Source: an uncultured Spirochaetota bacterium (GTDB lineage Bacteria; Spirochaetota; Spirochaetia; SZUA-6; Fen-1364). Taken from it: a DNA stretch of 64,000 bases. The stretch is taken from NCBI GenBank assembly GCA_963820525.1, contig CAWGAA010000001.1, positions 2,976,001 through 3,040,000 on the forward strand, read 5' to 3'. This document shows, in pieces, positions 49,291 to 58,122 of the stretch. The translations under genes were made by a program, and so were the position numbers. The stretch's first letter is position 1. Each line of letters begins with the position of its first letter. The notes under the pieces were generated by a model that was given only the letters and a program-made list of their open reading frames with translations, searched no databases and was not told the DNA's origin.

Positions 49291-49425
49291 GAGGACGGCG
49301 GGAAGACCTGGACCGAGAGAGATATCGATGCTGGTTTCGGTCCCGTCTATCTCTCCCGTGACGGCAAGTATCTGAGCATCACGAATATGACCCAACAGAG
49401 CGTCACGGTGTTCAGGAAGGGCTGA
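49291..49425 (+). pseudogene. C-terminal remnant of an Asp-box/BNR beta-propeller protein
   Basis: EDGGKTWTERDIDAGFGPVYLSRDGKYLSITNMTQQSVTVFRKG*; Asp-box (DGGKTW), preceded directly by an in-frame TGA. Confidence 0.6.
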
Positions 49426-49593
49426 GTCGTTTCGGGGCGGCCGCTGCACGGTGGGCCGCCGCACGCTGCGCTCTGCGGCGCCCGCCCGTTTGATGCCTGA
49501 TGGCAGACGGCGCCGCTGCCTCCCCATTCTCCCCCTTGCGCAAAACATCCTCGATTGACGATACTGTTGTGAATTCCTCAAGGAGGTGAGACC

Positions 49594-49905
49594 ATGAAAG
49601 CCGTTGGCACGCTGGTAGTTTTACTTCTCCTGCTCTCCGTTCTTGTTGGCTGCGCTCCGGGGCCGAACCAACTGGTCAACTCCGCCAATGAAAAGGGGCA
49701 ATTCTCCGGCTTCTGGCAGGGTCTATGGCACGGATTCATCTCACCCGTGACGTTCATCATCTCCCTTTTCTCCAAGAGCGTGCAGGTCTACGAGGTGCAC
49801 AACAATGGAAACTGGTACAACTTCGGATTCCTGCTCGGAGTGATCATCATCTTCGGCGGCGGCGCAGGAGGGTCGGCGGCCAGGCGGTCGAGGCAGGTGC
49901 AGTAA
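49594..49905 (+). CDS. Small conserved membrane lipoprotein
   Basis: AGGAGGT SD; lipobox LVGC; GFWQGLWHG and YEVHNNGNWYNFGF blocks. Confidence 0.85.
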   Translation: MKAVGTLVVLLLLLSVLVGCAPGPNQLVNSANEKGQFSGFWQGLWHGFISPVTFIISLFSKSVQVYEVHNNGNWYNFGFLLGVIIIFGGGAGGSAARRSRQVQ

Positions 49906-50097
49906 CAGTCTGAAGGCGGAGTGTACTGGCGGCGGCCGAGGGCAATCGCCGGGATTGAGGCGCAGCGAACTCCCCGCAACGCCCTTTTCGCAAAGGATTG
50001 TCTTCATCGGGCGCGCAATGTAATTTCTCAGGTGATAGGCAAACCTTTGTCCGGCCGCTGCTTGAATTGGCTGGAGAGTTAAAAAAAGGAGAGGGAA

Positions 50098-52368
50098 ATG
50101 AAGAAGTCGGCAGGTCCGCGCAAAGTTCGGGAAACCGAGAGATTCTCTCCCTGGTGGCGCTACGGGGTGTTGATTGTGTTCGTTGTCGGTTTCGGCACTC
50201 TCATCTGGGTCTCCGCAACCGCCTACAAGACAAGCCCCCCCATTCCGGAACAGATCCTCGACCCGAGCGGCGTCGTTGTTTTCACGGGTGAGGACATCCG
50301 CTCCGGGCAGGAGGTGTTTCTCAAACACGGTCTCATGGATAACGGGACTCTCTGGGGCCATGGGAGCTACCTCGGCCCCGATTTCTCCGCCACGTATCTG
50401 CACAACCTCGTGTTGGAAACAAGAAGCGCTTTGGCGATGCAGAGCGGAGGAGGCGCCGGCCTCTCACTGGATGAATCTACGGGCCGACTCCTTTCGGAGA
50501 ACCGTTATGACGGCCAGACTCATTCGCTTCGCTTCACGCGCATTGAAACAGATTCGTACCAGAAACAGCAGGGATGGTGGAAGAGCTTCTTCGCTTCCTC
50601 TGAAAGCACCCGAGGGCTTCTTCCCGGAGCCATCAGCGACGACCAGGAGATCAGGCAATTGACGGCCTTCTTCGCCTGGGCGGCGTGGGCTTCTGCCGCC
50701 CATGTGCCGGGCCGCGATTATTCCTATACGATCAACTTCCCCTTCGATCCTCAAGCCGACAACAATCCCGCGGGGGATTCTCTTCTGTGGAGCGCCCTTG
50801 CCCTCGTGGCGCTCCTGGCCGGAACGGCCGCCGTCCTGTTCGCCTTCGGGAGGTTCGACTATCTGGGCTGGCACGGCGACAAGGCCGCCCCGGTCTCTTT
50901 CGTCATGCCGCAGGGCGTCAGTCCCAGCCAGAGGTCCACGCTGAAGTATTTCGTCATCGTCCTGCTCCTCCTCATGGCCCAGGTCCTGGTGGGGGGGGCG
51001 GTCTCCCATTTCAGGGCCGACCCGAAGAGCTTCTACGGGATCGACCTGGCATCCCTTCTCCCCTCCAACCTGCTTCGCACCTGGCATCTTCAGACCGCCA
51101 TCTTCTGGATCGCAACCGCTTATGTGGCCGGCGGCCTCTTCCTTGCTTCCCTCATCGGCAAGAAAGAGCCCAAGGGGCAGACCACCCTCAGCCACGTTCT
51201 CTTCGGCGCCCTTTTCGTGGTCGTGGCCGGAAGCCTTTTGGGCGAGCTTCTGAGCGTTCGGCAGCTCCTGGGAAAGCTCTGGTTCTGGTTCGGGCACCAG
51301 GGCTGGGAGTATCTGGAGCTGGGCCGCGCCTGGCAGTACGCCATGGCGCTGGGACTCATTCTGTGGGTGTTCATGCTCCTGCGGGGCGTGGGAAAGGGGC
51401 TGTCCAAACCGGGGCAGAAGGAGCTCAACCGGCTCTTCCTCGTGGCGGCCCTTGCGATCCCGCTGTTTTACATTCCCGCGTTCTTTTTCAATGGTCGAAC
51501 GAACTATACCGTGGTCGACACCTGGCGGTTCTGGATCATTCACCTCTGGGTCGAGGGGTTCTTCGAGCTCTTCGCCACGACGATGGTGGCCGTTCTGTTC
51601 TTCAACCTCGGCATGGTGAGCGAGCGCACTGCCAAGCGCGTGATCTACCTCGACGCCATCCTCTTCCTGGGCGCCGGCATCATCGGCACCGGGCACCACT
51701 GGTACTGGACCGGTCAGACCACGATCTCAATGGCCCTTTCAGCCGTGTTCTCTTCCATGGAGGTGATTCCCCTCATCCTGCTGACGCTGGATGCCACGGC
51801 CTTCATCAACCTGACGCGGGGATCCACCGAGGCGTCGAAGAGGAAGGATTACCTGCCCCACCGCTGGGCATTCTATTTCCTCATTTCCGTGGGCGTGTGG
51901 AATTTCATCGGCGCCGGCGTCTTCGGGTTCCTCATCAACCTGCCCATCGTGAGCTACTACGAGGTGGGCACGAACCTCACGCCGAATCACGGGCACGCGG
52001 CCCTCATGGGCGTTTTCGGCATGCTTGCCCTCGCGTTCGTGGTTTTCGGCCTGCGTCAGGCCTCCGATGAGAAACACTGGAAGCGCATCGAAAGCTACAT
52101 CCGGGTGTCCTGGTTCGGGCTCAATATCGGGCTGGGGGGAATGGTGGTCTTGAGCCTGTTTCCCGTGGGCATCCTCCAGATCATGGACGTTATGCGAAAC
52201 GGCTATTGGCATGCGCGCTCGGCCGCGTTCATGGATCAGCCGATCATACGGACCCTGGAATGGCTGCGGCTCCCCGCTGACCTCACCTTCATCCTTGTGG
52301 GAGTGCTGCCCCTGTTGATTGCAACGGTCTGGACCTATTTCAAGGAGAGAAAACCCGCGGTTTCCTGA
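50098..52368 (+). CDS. norB: Quinol-dependent nitric oxide reductase (qNor)
   Basis: WGHGSYLGPDFSA, RTWHLQ, IIHLWVEGFFE, GTGHHWYW, LINLPIVSYYE and HGHAALMG motifs. Confidence 0.96.
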   Translation: MKKSAGPRKVRETERFSPWWRYGVLIVFVVGFGTLIWVSATAYKTSPPIPEQILDPSGVVVFTGEDIRSGQEVFLKHGLMDNGTLWGHGSYLGPDFSATYLHNLVLETRSALAMQSGGGAGLSLDESTGRLLSENRYDGQTHSLRFTRIETDSYQKQQGWWKSFFASSESTRGLLPGAISDDQEIRQLTAFFAWAAWASAAHVPGRDYSYTINFPFDPQADNNPAGDSLLWSALALVALLAGTAAVLFAFGRFDYLGWHGDKAAPVSFVMPQGVSPSQRSTLKYFVIVLLLLMAQVLVGGAVSHFRADPKSFYGIDLASLLPSNLLRTWHLQTAIFWIATAYVAGGLFLASLIGKKEPKGQTTLSHVLFGALFVVVAGSLLGELLSVRQLLGKLWFWFGHQGWEYLELGRAWQYAMALGLILWVFMLLRGVGKGLSKPGQKELNRLFLVAALAIPLFYIPAFFFNGRTNYTVVDTWRFWIIHLWVEGFFELFATTMVAVLFFNLGMVSERTAKRVIYLDAILFLGAGIIGTGHHWYWTGQTTISMALSAVFSSMEVIPLILLTLDATAFINLTRGSTEASKRKDYLPHRWAFYFLISVGVWNFIGAGVFGFLINLPIVSYYEVGTNLTPNHGHAALMGVFGMLALAFVVFGLRQASDEKHWKRIESYIRVSWFGLNIGLGGMVVLSLFPVGILQIMDVMRNGYWHARSAAFMDQPIIRTLEWLRLPADLTFILVGVLPLLIATVWTYFKERKPAVS

Positions 52369-52448
52369 GAAGGAAAGAGAGGGGGGCGCTTCGCAGTGGC
52401 CGCCCGAAATCCGCCCTCTTCTCGTGCGCCGCCAGGGCCTGATGAAAG

Positions 52449-52817
52449 CTACACGATCACTGCCCAGCGTCCCACCGCGGCGAACACGGCAAGCCCCAGA
52501 AGAACCGCGTTCATCGGAAGGGCGTTGTACTCCTTGCGCGGAACGTGGACCGCGGCGACGGCAAGCACCTGGATCACGGCGAGCCCGATCGCGGCAAGCG
52601 GAGTGAGCCAGGGCAGGATGCCCGTGAGCAGGGGAAGCACGATCCCCAGGGCGCCCGCGAGCTCCGCGGCGCCGACGAATTTCACGTAGCCCGCGGAGCT
52701 GTCCTTGGCCCAGGGGAGCTGCTGCTGCGCCCGATTGGTCATGAAAAGCTTCAATACCCCGGCGGCTCCATAGAAGACGGCAAGCGCCCCCTGGACAACC
52801 CACAAAGCAATGTTCAT
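52449..52817 (-). CDS. DoxX-family membrane protein
   Basis: MNIALWVVQGALA and AELAGALGIVLP...ILPWLTPLAA motifs; AGGAGG SD. Confidence 0.9.
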   Translation of the reverse strand: MNIALWVVQGALAVFYGAAGVLKLFMTNRAQQQLPWAKDSSAGYVKFVGAAELAGALGIVLPLLTGILPWLTPLAAIGLAVIQVLAVAAVHVPRKEYNALPMNAVLLGLAVFAAVGRWAVIV

Positions 52818-52862
52818 TTTGACCCTCCTTGCAGTCGGCAGTATAATTACTACAAGCGATGC

Positions 52863-52884
52863 TTAAACAACATCTGTTGCTTAA
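52863..52884. promoter_or_regulatory. Palindromic operator between divergent doxX and tetR
   Basis: TTAAACAACA-TC-TGTTGCTTAA, an inverted repeat with one mismatch. Confidence 0.7.
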
Positions 52885-52947
52885 TTTAGGCACGGGGAAA
52901 ATCGAAGTCAAATTCCTTCGACCCGGGGCCCGTCACGGAGAGGAGCC

Positions 52948-53607
52948 TTGATGGCTGGAGCACGAGCGGCTCAAAAAACGGATCCGCGGATACGACGCAC
53001 TCGGGCGCTTGTCGTGCAGGCCTTCGAGGAGGTGATGGGCGAGAAGGGATTCCATGCCCTGTCGGTGCAGGATGTCGCCATGAAGGCCGGCATCAACCGC
53101 GCGACCTTTTACGATCATTTCAAGGACAAATACGAGCTTCTCAACTATTCCATCCGCCTGGAGTTCGACCATGAGCTCGACAAGCGAAGGCTTAAGGAGG
53201 AAGTCGTGAGCGCTAATGCGCTGCAGCGGCTCCTGATCGCCGTTTGCGAGTTCATTTCGAGAATCCACGCGCACTGCAAGCCGCCTCTCGACCAGCTCGA
53301 TTCGCTGGTGGAGACGCAGGTCAAGGAGGTGATGTCGGAATTGCTTGCGGGGTGGCTGAGAGGGAACGGGTCTGGAGCGAAATCCAGGCGTACTCGCGCG
53401 GGGAAGCTCCCCGCGAAGGCTGCAAGCTGGGCCCTCTATGGCCTTGCCCTGCACTGGGCCCGGGAAGAACGCCCACAGCCGATAGAGACCTTCGCGAACT
53501 CGGCAGTGCCGCTGGTGTCCGGTATTCTCGGGCAGCTCACGGCGAGAGAATCTCGCAGGAGCGGGGAAAGCAGGAGAGGAGGGAGAAACGCCAGCCGGCA
53601 TCGATGA
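52948..53607 (+). CDS. TetR/AcrR-family regulator
   Basis: DPRIRRTR and SVQDVAMKAGINRATFYDHFKDKYEL motifs. Confidence 0.93.
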   Translation: MMAGARAAQKTDPRIRRTRALVVQAFEEVMGEKGFHALSVQDVAMKAGINRATFYDHFKDKYELLNYSIRLEFDHELDKRRLKEEVVSANALQRLLIAVCEFISRIHAHCKPPLDQLDSLVETQVKEVMSELLAGWLRGNGSGAKSRRTRAGKLPAKAASWALYGLALHWAREERPQPIETFANSAVPLVSGILGQLTARESRRSGESRRGGRNASRHR

Positions 53608-53608
53608 T

Positions 53609-54919
53609 TTGAAGTCGGTTTCCTCGAGGATCATTGAAGCCGTCATTCAAGCCGTGGATCCCCGCGCCGCGGTGAGGAGGGCTCTCGGCTTTCGCCGTAA
53701 TGCCCTTGTCGTGTGCGGCGAGGAGCTCGCTCTCAGGGGCAGGCTCGCGCTGGTGTCCGTGGGAAAGGCATCAGTCCCGATGGCGGAAGCCGCAATCGGG
53801 ATCCTTGGCTCCCGGATATCCGGAGGGGTCGTGGTGGCCCCGCACGGCTATTCACACTCCATCTCTCAAGGACTTCCCGCAATCGAAACCATCTTGGCTT
53901 CCCACCCCGTTCCCGACGAGAACAGCATCCGAGCCGCCGGCCGCATCCTCGCGCTCACCGCTTCCCTCGATGAAAATGACGTCTGCCTCGTGATGCTTTC
54001 AGGCGGGGGATCGAGCCTCATGAGCCTGCCCCGGCCTCCCGTGAGCCTGAAGGACCTCCAGGCGACAACGGCCCTCCTTGTAAAATCAGGAGCCGATATA
54101 CGGCGGATCAACACGGTTCGAAAGCACTTGAGCGCGGTTGCCGGCGGGAGGCTCGCGGAAGCGGCCCGCTGCCGCGTGGCCACGCTCGTCATTTCCGACG
54201 TTGTGGGAGATGCGCTTGAAGACGTCGCCTCCGGCCCGACGGTAGCGGATCCCAGCAGCTTCGCGGATGCCCTGGAAATTCTTGAGGAGCGCAATCTTGC
54301 GGCCATGGTTCCGGCTGCTGTCCTCTCGCTGTTGGAGGACGGCGCTGCCGGCCGGGTTCCTGAAACGCCGAAGAGCCTCCCCTCGAAGCACTTTGCGCGC
54401 ATCATCGCGTCCAACACGCTGGCAACGCAGGCTGCGATGAACGAAGCTGCCTCCCTCGGGTATTCTCCATTCCTTCTCACCTCATCGCTCGTGGGAGAAG
54501 CGCGCGACGCCGGCCGGCTCCTTGCAGGCATCGCGGTCGATGTGAAGGAAAACGGCCGACCCATTCCGCCTCCTGCCTGCATCGTCGCCGGCGGCGAAAC
54601 GACTGTCAGCGTGAAGGGCCCAGGACGGGGAGGGAGAAACCAGGAGATCGCCCTCTCAGCCGCGATGGAAATCCGGGGAAAGGAAGGGATCCTTGTCACC
54701 GCCTTCGCCACCGATGGCGTGGACGGAAACACGGACGCCGCCGGCGCCTGGGCATCGGGGAGCACCGTGGAAAGGGGCCGGGCGGCTGGCCTTGATCCTG
54801 TTTCGAGTCTCCGCGACAACGATACCTATGGCTACCTTTCCCGCATCGGAGAGCTTATCGTCGCGGGGCCGACATACACAAACGTGAACGATGTCTCCTT
54901 CGTGCTCGTCGATGGGTGA
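53609..54919 (+). CDS. Glycerate 2-kinase (MOFRL family)
   Basis: GKAS..MA, SHPVPD, LSGGGSSL, SDVVGD...VASGPT, GGETTV, GGRNQE, TDGVDG and TNVND motifs. Confidence 0.94.
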   Translation: MKSVSSRIIEAVIQAVDPRAAVRRALGFRRNALVVCGEELALRGRLALVSVGKASVPMAEAAIGILGSRISGGVVVAPHGYSHSISQGLPAIETILASHPVPDENSIRAAGRILALTASLDENDVCLVMLSGGGSSLMSLPRPPVSLKDLQATTALLVKSGADIRRINTVRKHLSAVAGGRLAEAARCRVATLVISDVVGDALEDVASGPTVADPSSFADALEILEERNLAAMVPAAVLSLLEDGAAGRVPETPKSLPSKHFARIIASNTLATQAAMNEAASLGYSPFLLTSSLVGEARDAGRLLAGIAVDVKENGRPIPPPACIVAGGETTVSVKGPGRGGRNQEIALSAAMEIRGKEGILVTAFATDGVDGNTDAAGAWASGSTVERGRAAGLDPVSSLRDNDTYGYLSRIGELIVAGPTYTNVNDVSFVLVDG

Positions 54920-54986
54920 TGCGCGGGCTTGATTTCGGCTTTTTTCGTGCCTATTTTAGCGCAATGACCGGTCGAGGAGGCATCCC

Positions 54987-56345
54987 ATGGCGCATCCCGT
55001 GAGCGACAGCATCTCCAGGCGATTGGACGATCTTCCCCTGGGCGGTTTCCACCGCAGGCTCCTTGTCGTGAGCGGGCTCGGGTGGATGTTCGACGCGCTG
55101 GACGTCGGTCTCATCGGCTTCGTTCTGGCGGCGCTGGTGGGGGAGTGGAAGCTGCACCCGCAGCAGGTGGGGCTCATCAGCAGCGCGGGATTCGCGGGAA
55201 TGTTCGCCGGAGCGCTGATCGCGGGTCTCCTCGCGGACCGATTCGGACGTAAGCCCCTGTTCCAGGCCACGATGCTCGTCTACAGCCTCGCGACGGGCCT
55301 CTGCGCTCTTGCCGGAGGCCTGGCCTCCCTCCTCGGCCTTCGGTTCCTGGTCGGACTCGGACTCGGGGGAGAGCTTCCCGTGGCGAGCACCCTGGTGAGC
55401 GAGCTTTCCCCGGCTCGTCGAAGAGGCCTCATGATAGTGCTCCTGGAGAGCTTCTGGGCATACGGGTGGGTCATCGCCGCGCTCATCGGCTACCTGGTCA
55501 TCCCCCGTTTCGGCTGGCGCGTTGCATTCCTGATCGGAGCGCTTCCGGCCCTGTACGTGCTTCTTCTCAGGCGGGGCATTCCCGAATCGCCCCGCTTCCT
55601 TGCGGGAAGGGGAAGGCGTGAAGAAGCCGAGCGGGTGGTCCGGCAGGTCGAAGGAGACCGTCGTGAGGCGACCGCGAAGTCGCGCGTCAAATCCTCAGAG
55701 CCACCCGCGGAGCGCGGCAGGTGGAGAGAGCTCTTCAGCCGGCCCTACATCCGGAGGACCGTGATGCTCTGGGTTCTGTGGTTCGGGATCGTGTTCTCGT
55801 ACTATGGGATCTTCACCTGGCTGCCCAGCATCCTTCGCGCCCGGTTCCCCCTGGTCACGAGCTTCGAGTACACGCTGATCATCACTCTGGCCCAGATACC
55901 CGGATATTTCAGCGCGGCATTCCTCGTGGAGCGTTGGGGCCGTAAGATCACCCTGACGGTCTATCTCCTTGCCTGCGCCGTCGGCGCCTATCTCTTCCGG
56001 CAGGCCGGAAGCCCCGCGATGATCCTGCTCTGGGGCTCGGTCATCTCCTTCTTTAACCTCGGCGCCTGGGGCGTCGTCTACACGTACACCCCGGAGTTAT
56101 ACCCGACCGGGATCAGGGGCAGTGGTGCCGGATCCGCGGCGGCATTCGGACGCATCGGAGGAATCATTGGACCCTACGTGGTCGGCCTTCTCCTGCCCAC
56201 CTGGGGAGCGGGAATAGGGGCTATATTCGCAATGTTCGCGGCCGTGTTTCTCGTCATTGCGGCGGTTGTTTTCATCCTGGGGGAGGAAACCCGCGGGGCG
56301 AGCCTTGAAAAGATCGCGATGAAAAAGAATCCCGTAAGCACTTGA
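54987..56345 (+). CDS. MFS transporter (YceI/NiaP-like)
   Basis: GWMFDALD, LADRFGRK, GLGLGGELPVA, PESPRFL and YTPELYPT motifs. Confidence 0.93.
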   Translation: MAHPVSDSISRRLDDLPLGGFHRRLLVVSGLGWMFDALDVGLIGFVLAALVGEWKLHPQQVGLISSAGFAGMFAGALIAGLLADRFGRKPLFQATMLVYSLATGLCALAGGLASLLGLRFLVGLGLGGELPVASTLVSELSPARRRGLMIVLLESFWAYGWVIAALIGYLVIPRFGWRVAFLIGALPALYVLLLRRGIPESPRFLAGRGRREEAERVVRQVEGDRREATAKSRVKSSEPPAERGRWRELFSRPYIRRTVMLWVLWFGIVFSYYGIFTWLPSILRARFPLVTSFEYTLIITLAQIPGYFSAAFLVERWGRKITLTVYLLACAVGAYLFRQAGSPAMILLWGSVISFFNLGAWGVVYTYTPELYPTGIRGSGAGSAAAFGRIGGIIGPYVVGLLLPTWGAGIGAIFAMFAAVFLVIAAVVFILGEETRGASLEKIAMKKNPVST

Positions 56346-56370
56346 CAAGAGAGGATTGTTTTATTATTCT
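56342..56370 (+). promoter_or_regulatory. Sigma70 promoter, probably producing a leaderless arsR mRNA
   Basis: TTGACA 56342-56347, 17-nt spacer, TATTCT 56365-56370; GTG start 6 nt downstream. Confidence 0.65.
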
Positions 56371-56376
56371 ATAACC

Positions 56377-56664
56377 GTGAAACTAACCGAGCGGGTGAAG
56401 ATCTTCAAGGCTCTCGCCTGCGAGCAGAGGATCCAGCTCCTGCAGCTTCTCAAGCAATGGGAAGGCCTGGACGCCTGTTGTGACGGGGTTTTGAAGGCAT
56501 TCACCAAGGCGAGCGAGGAGCTCAGTATTTCCCGCTCCACGCTTTCGCATCATTTCAAGGAGCTCGAGAATGCTGGCCTCATTGTCTGCCATCGAAATGG
56601 GCAGGCCATGGCGTGCAAGATCAACGAGGACGCGATCCGGGAGGTCCAGGAGTTCATGAAGTAA
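56377..56664 (+). CDS. ArsR/SmtB-family regulator, Cys-rich
   Basis: IFKALA.EQRIQLL and ELSISRSTLSHHFKELENAGLI motifs; five Cys including vicinal CC. Confidence 0.92.
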   Translation: MKLTERVKIFKALACEQRIQLLQLLKQWEGLDACCDGVLKAFTKASEELSISRSTLSHHFKELENAGLIVCHRNGQAMACKINEDAIREVQEFMK

Positions 56665-56733
56665 GGGTGTCGTTTTTTTTTCTGAGAATTGTTCGACAGT
56701 TGTAGTATTCTAAACATCAGAAAGGATAAAACA

Positions 56734-58122
56734 ATGATTCGATCAGATCAAGGACAAGACTCAGGCGGCTCAACAAAGCCCCTTTCGGATTTTCGCTGGG
56801 GCGTGGAGCGCGAGACGCATCGTGTGCTTCCTGACGGCTCCATCAGCCTCTCCGCCCACCCCGAAGCCCTCTCGAAGCCGGGTTTCACCCGTGATTTTGC
56901 CGAAAGCCAGCTCGAGATCGTGACCGCTCCAAAAACCAGCATCCCAAAGGCGCTCGCGGATCTCGAGCATCTCACTGCAGAGGCCGATCGCGCCCTCGGC
57001 CAGGAGCTTCTCTGGCCCTTCAGCATGCCGCCAAGGCTTCCAGAGGAATCGCGGATCCCCATCGCAAGGTTTGGAACTGGAGAATGGGCGCGCCGTGCAG
57101 AGCTCTACAGGCTGGGGCTCGCTTCCCGCTATGGAAAAGCCAGGCAGATGATCTGTGGGGTACATCTCAACGTCTCCTTCGGGGAGGCGCTCCTGAGCCG
57201 AATGTCGGCCGAATCCCCCCTTACCCCGGAGGAGGCGCGAAGCGGCCGACCTTCAGACGGGTATGCCCTGCGGCTCGCAAGAAATCTCTACGAGCAGCTT
57301 CCCCTGTTGATTCTGCTCTTGGGCGCTTCACCGCTCATGGGAGGCGTGGACGAGACCGAGGAGCTCTACGCGGTTTCCTACCGCAACAGCCGGTTCGGCT
57401 ATGCGGGAAGCGAGTACCGCCCCTACCTGGATCTCCAGTCATTCCCGTCCTATCTCTCGGGGATCCGCAAAGGAATGAGGACGGAGTCTCCCGCATTCAA
57501 GTCTCTCGGTCTGGTCCAGGACGGCCGGGCAACCCAGCTCAACGGCATGATCTTCCAGTCTGAAAAGGAGTTCTACGCTCCCATTCGCCTGAGGCAGCGC
57601 CTCCTGCCCGGCGAATCCACCCTTCAAGCTCTCTCCAAGCGGGGCGTGGGGTACCTCGAGCTTCGGTTCCTGGATGTGGACCCCTTTGCCGGAACAGGGG
57701 TGAGCGAGGAGACGCTCCGGCTCATCCATCTTTTTATCCTGGACGGATTGGCAAGACCAACCCAGCCACGCGGACGAGAGGCCCTAGGCGAAGATCTATC
57801 CCGGGCTACCGACGCCGCCCTGAAGAATCCGCTCCAGCTGATCGCATCCGCCGGCTCCGACCTTCTCCTTCGAGCGGCGGATGAACGGCTGGCCGATCTC
57901 GATTCCTGGGCCAGGCGGCTGAACGAGGAGACGTGGGACGATACCTACACGGCCGTGCTCGAACTGTTCAGACGGAGGATCTGCGATCCGCGCCTTCTCA
58001 CCTCGGCGGCTCTCATCCGGGCTTTCGAGAAGAGCGGCTTGGACTGGTCCTCTTTCGGCGTTCAAACGGCAGTCGAACACAGGCAAGGAGCTGAACATGA
58101 ACTGGAATACGCCAGGCTTTAA
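56734..58122 (+). CDS. gshA: Glutamate-cysteine ligase (GshA domain of the GshF type)
   Basis: GVERETHRV, TRDFAESQLEIVT, LWPFSMPP, RYG...QMICGVHLN.S, S.RNSRFGY, EKEFYAPIR and GVGYLELRFLD motifs. Confidence 0.9.
   Translation: MIRSDQGQDSGGSTKPLSDFRWGVERETHRVLPDGSISLSAHPEALSKPGFTRDFAESQLEIVTAPKTSIPKALADLEHLTAEADRALGQELLWPFSMPPRLPEESRIPIARFGTGEWARRAELYRLGLASRYGKARQMICGVHLNVSFGEALLSRMSAESPLTPEEARSGRPSDGYALRLARNLYEQLPLLILLLGASPLMGGVDETEELYAVSYRNSRFGYAGSEYRPYLDLQSFPSYLSGIRKGMRTESPAFKSLGLVQDGRATQLNGMIFQSEKEFYAPIRLRQRLLPGESTLQALSKRGVGYLELRFLDVDPFAGTGVSEETLRLIHLFILDGLARPTQPRGREALGEDLSRATDAALKNPLQLIASAGSDLLLRAADERLADLDSWARRLNEETWDDTYTAVLELFRRRICDPRLLTSAALIRAFEKSGLDWSSFGVQTAVEHRQGAEHELEYARL

Noticed and set aside
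50098..52368. Possibility of a nitric oxide dismutase (NOD) variant
   Set aside because: Catalytic Glu and quinol-site His residues are canonical for qNor
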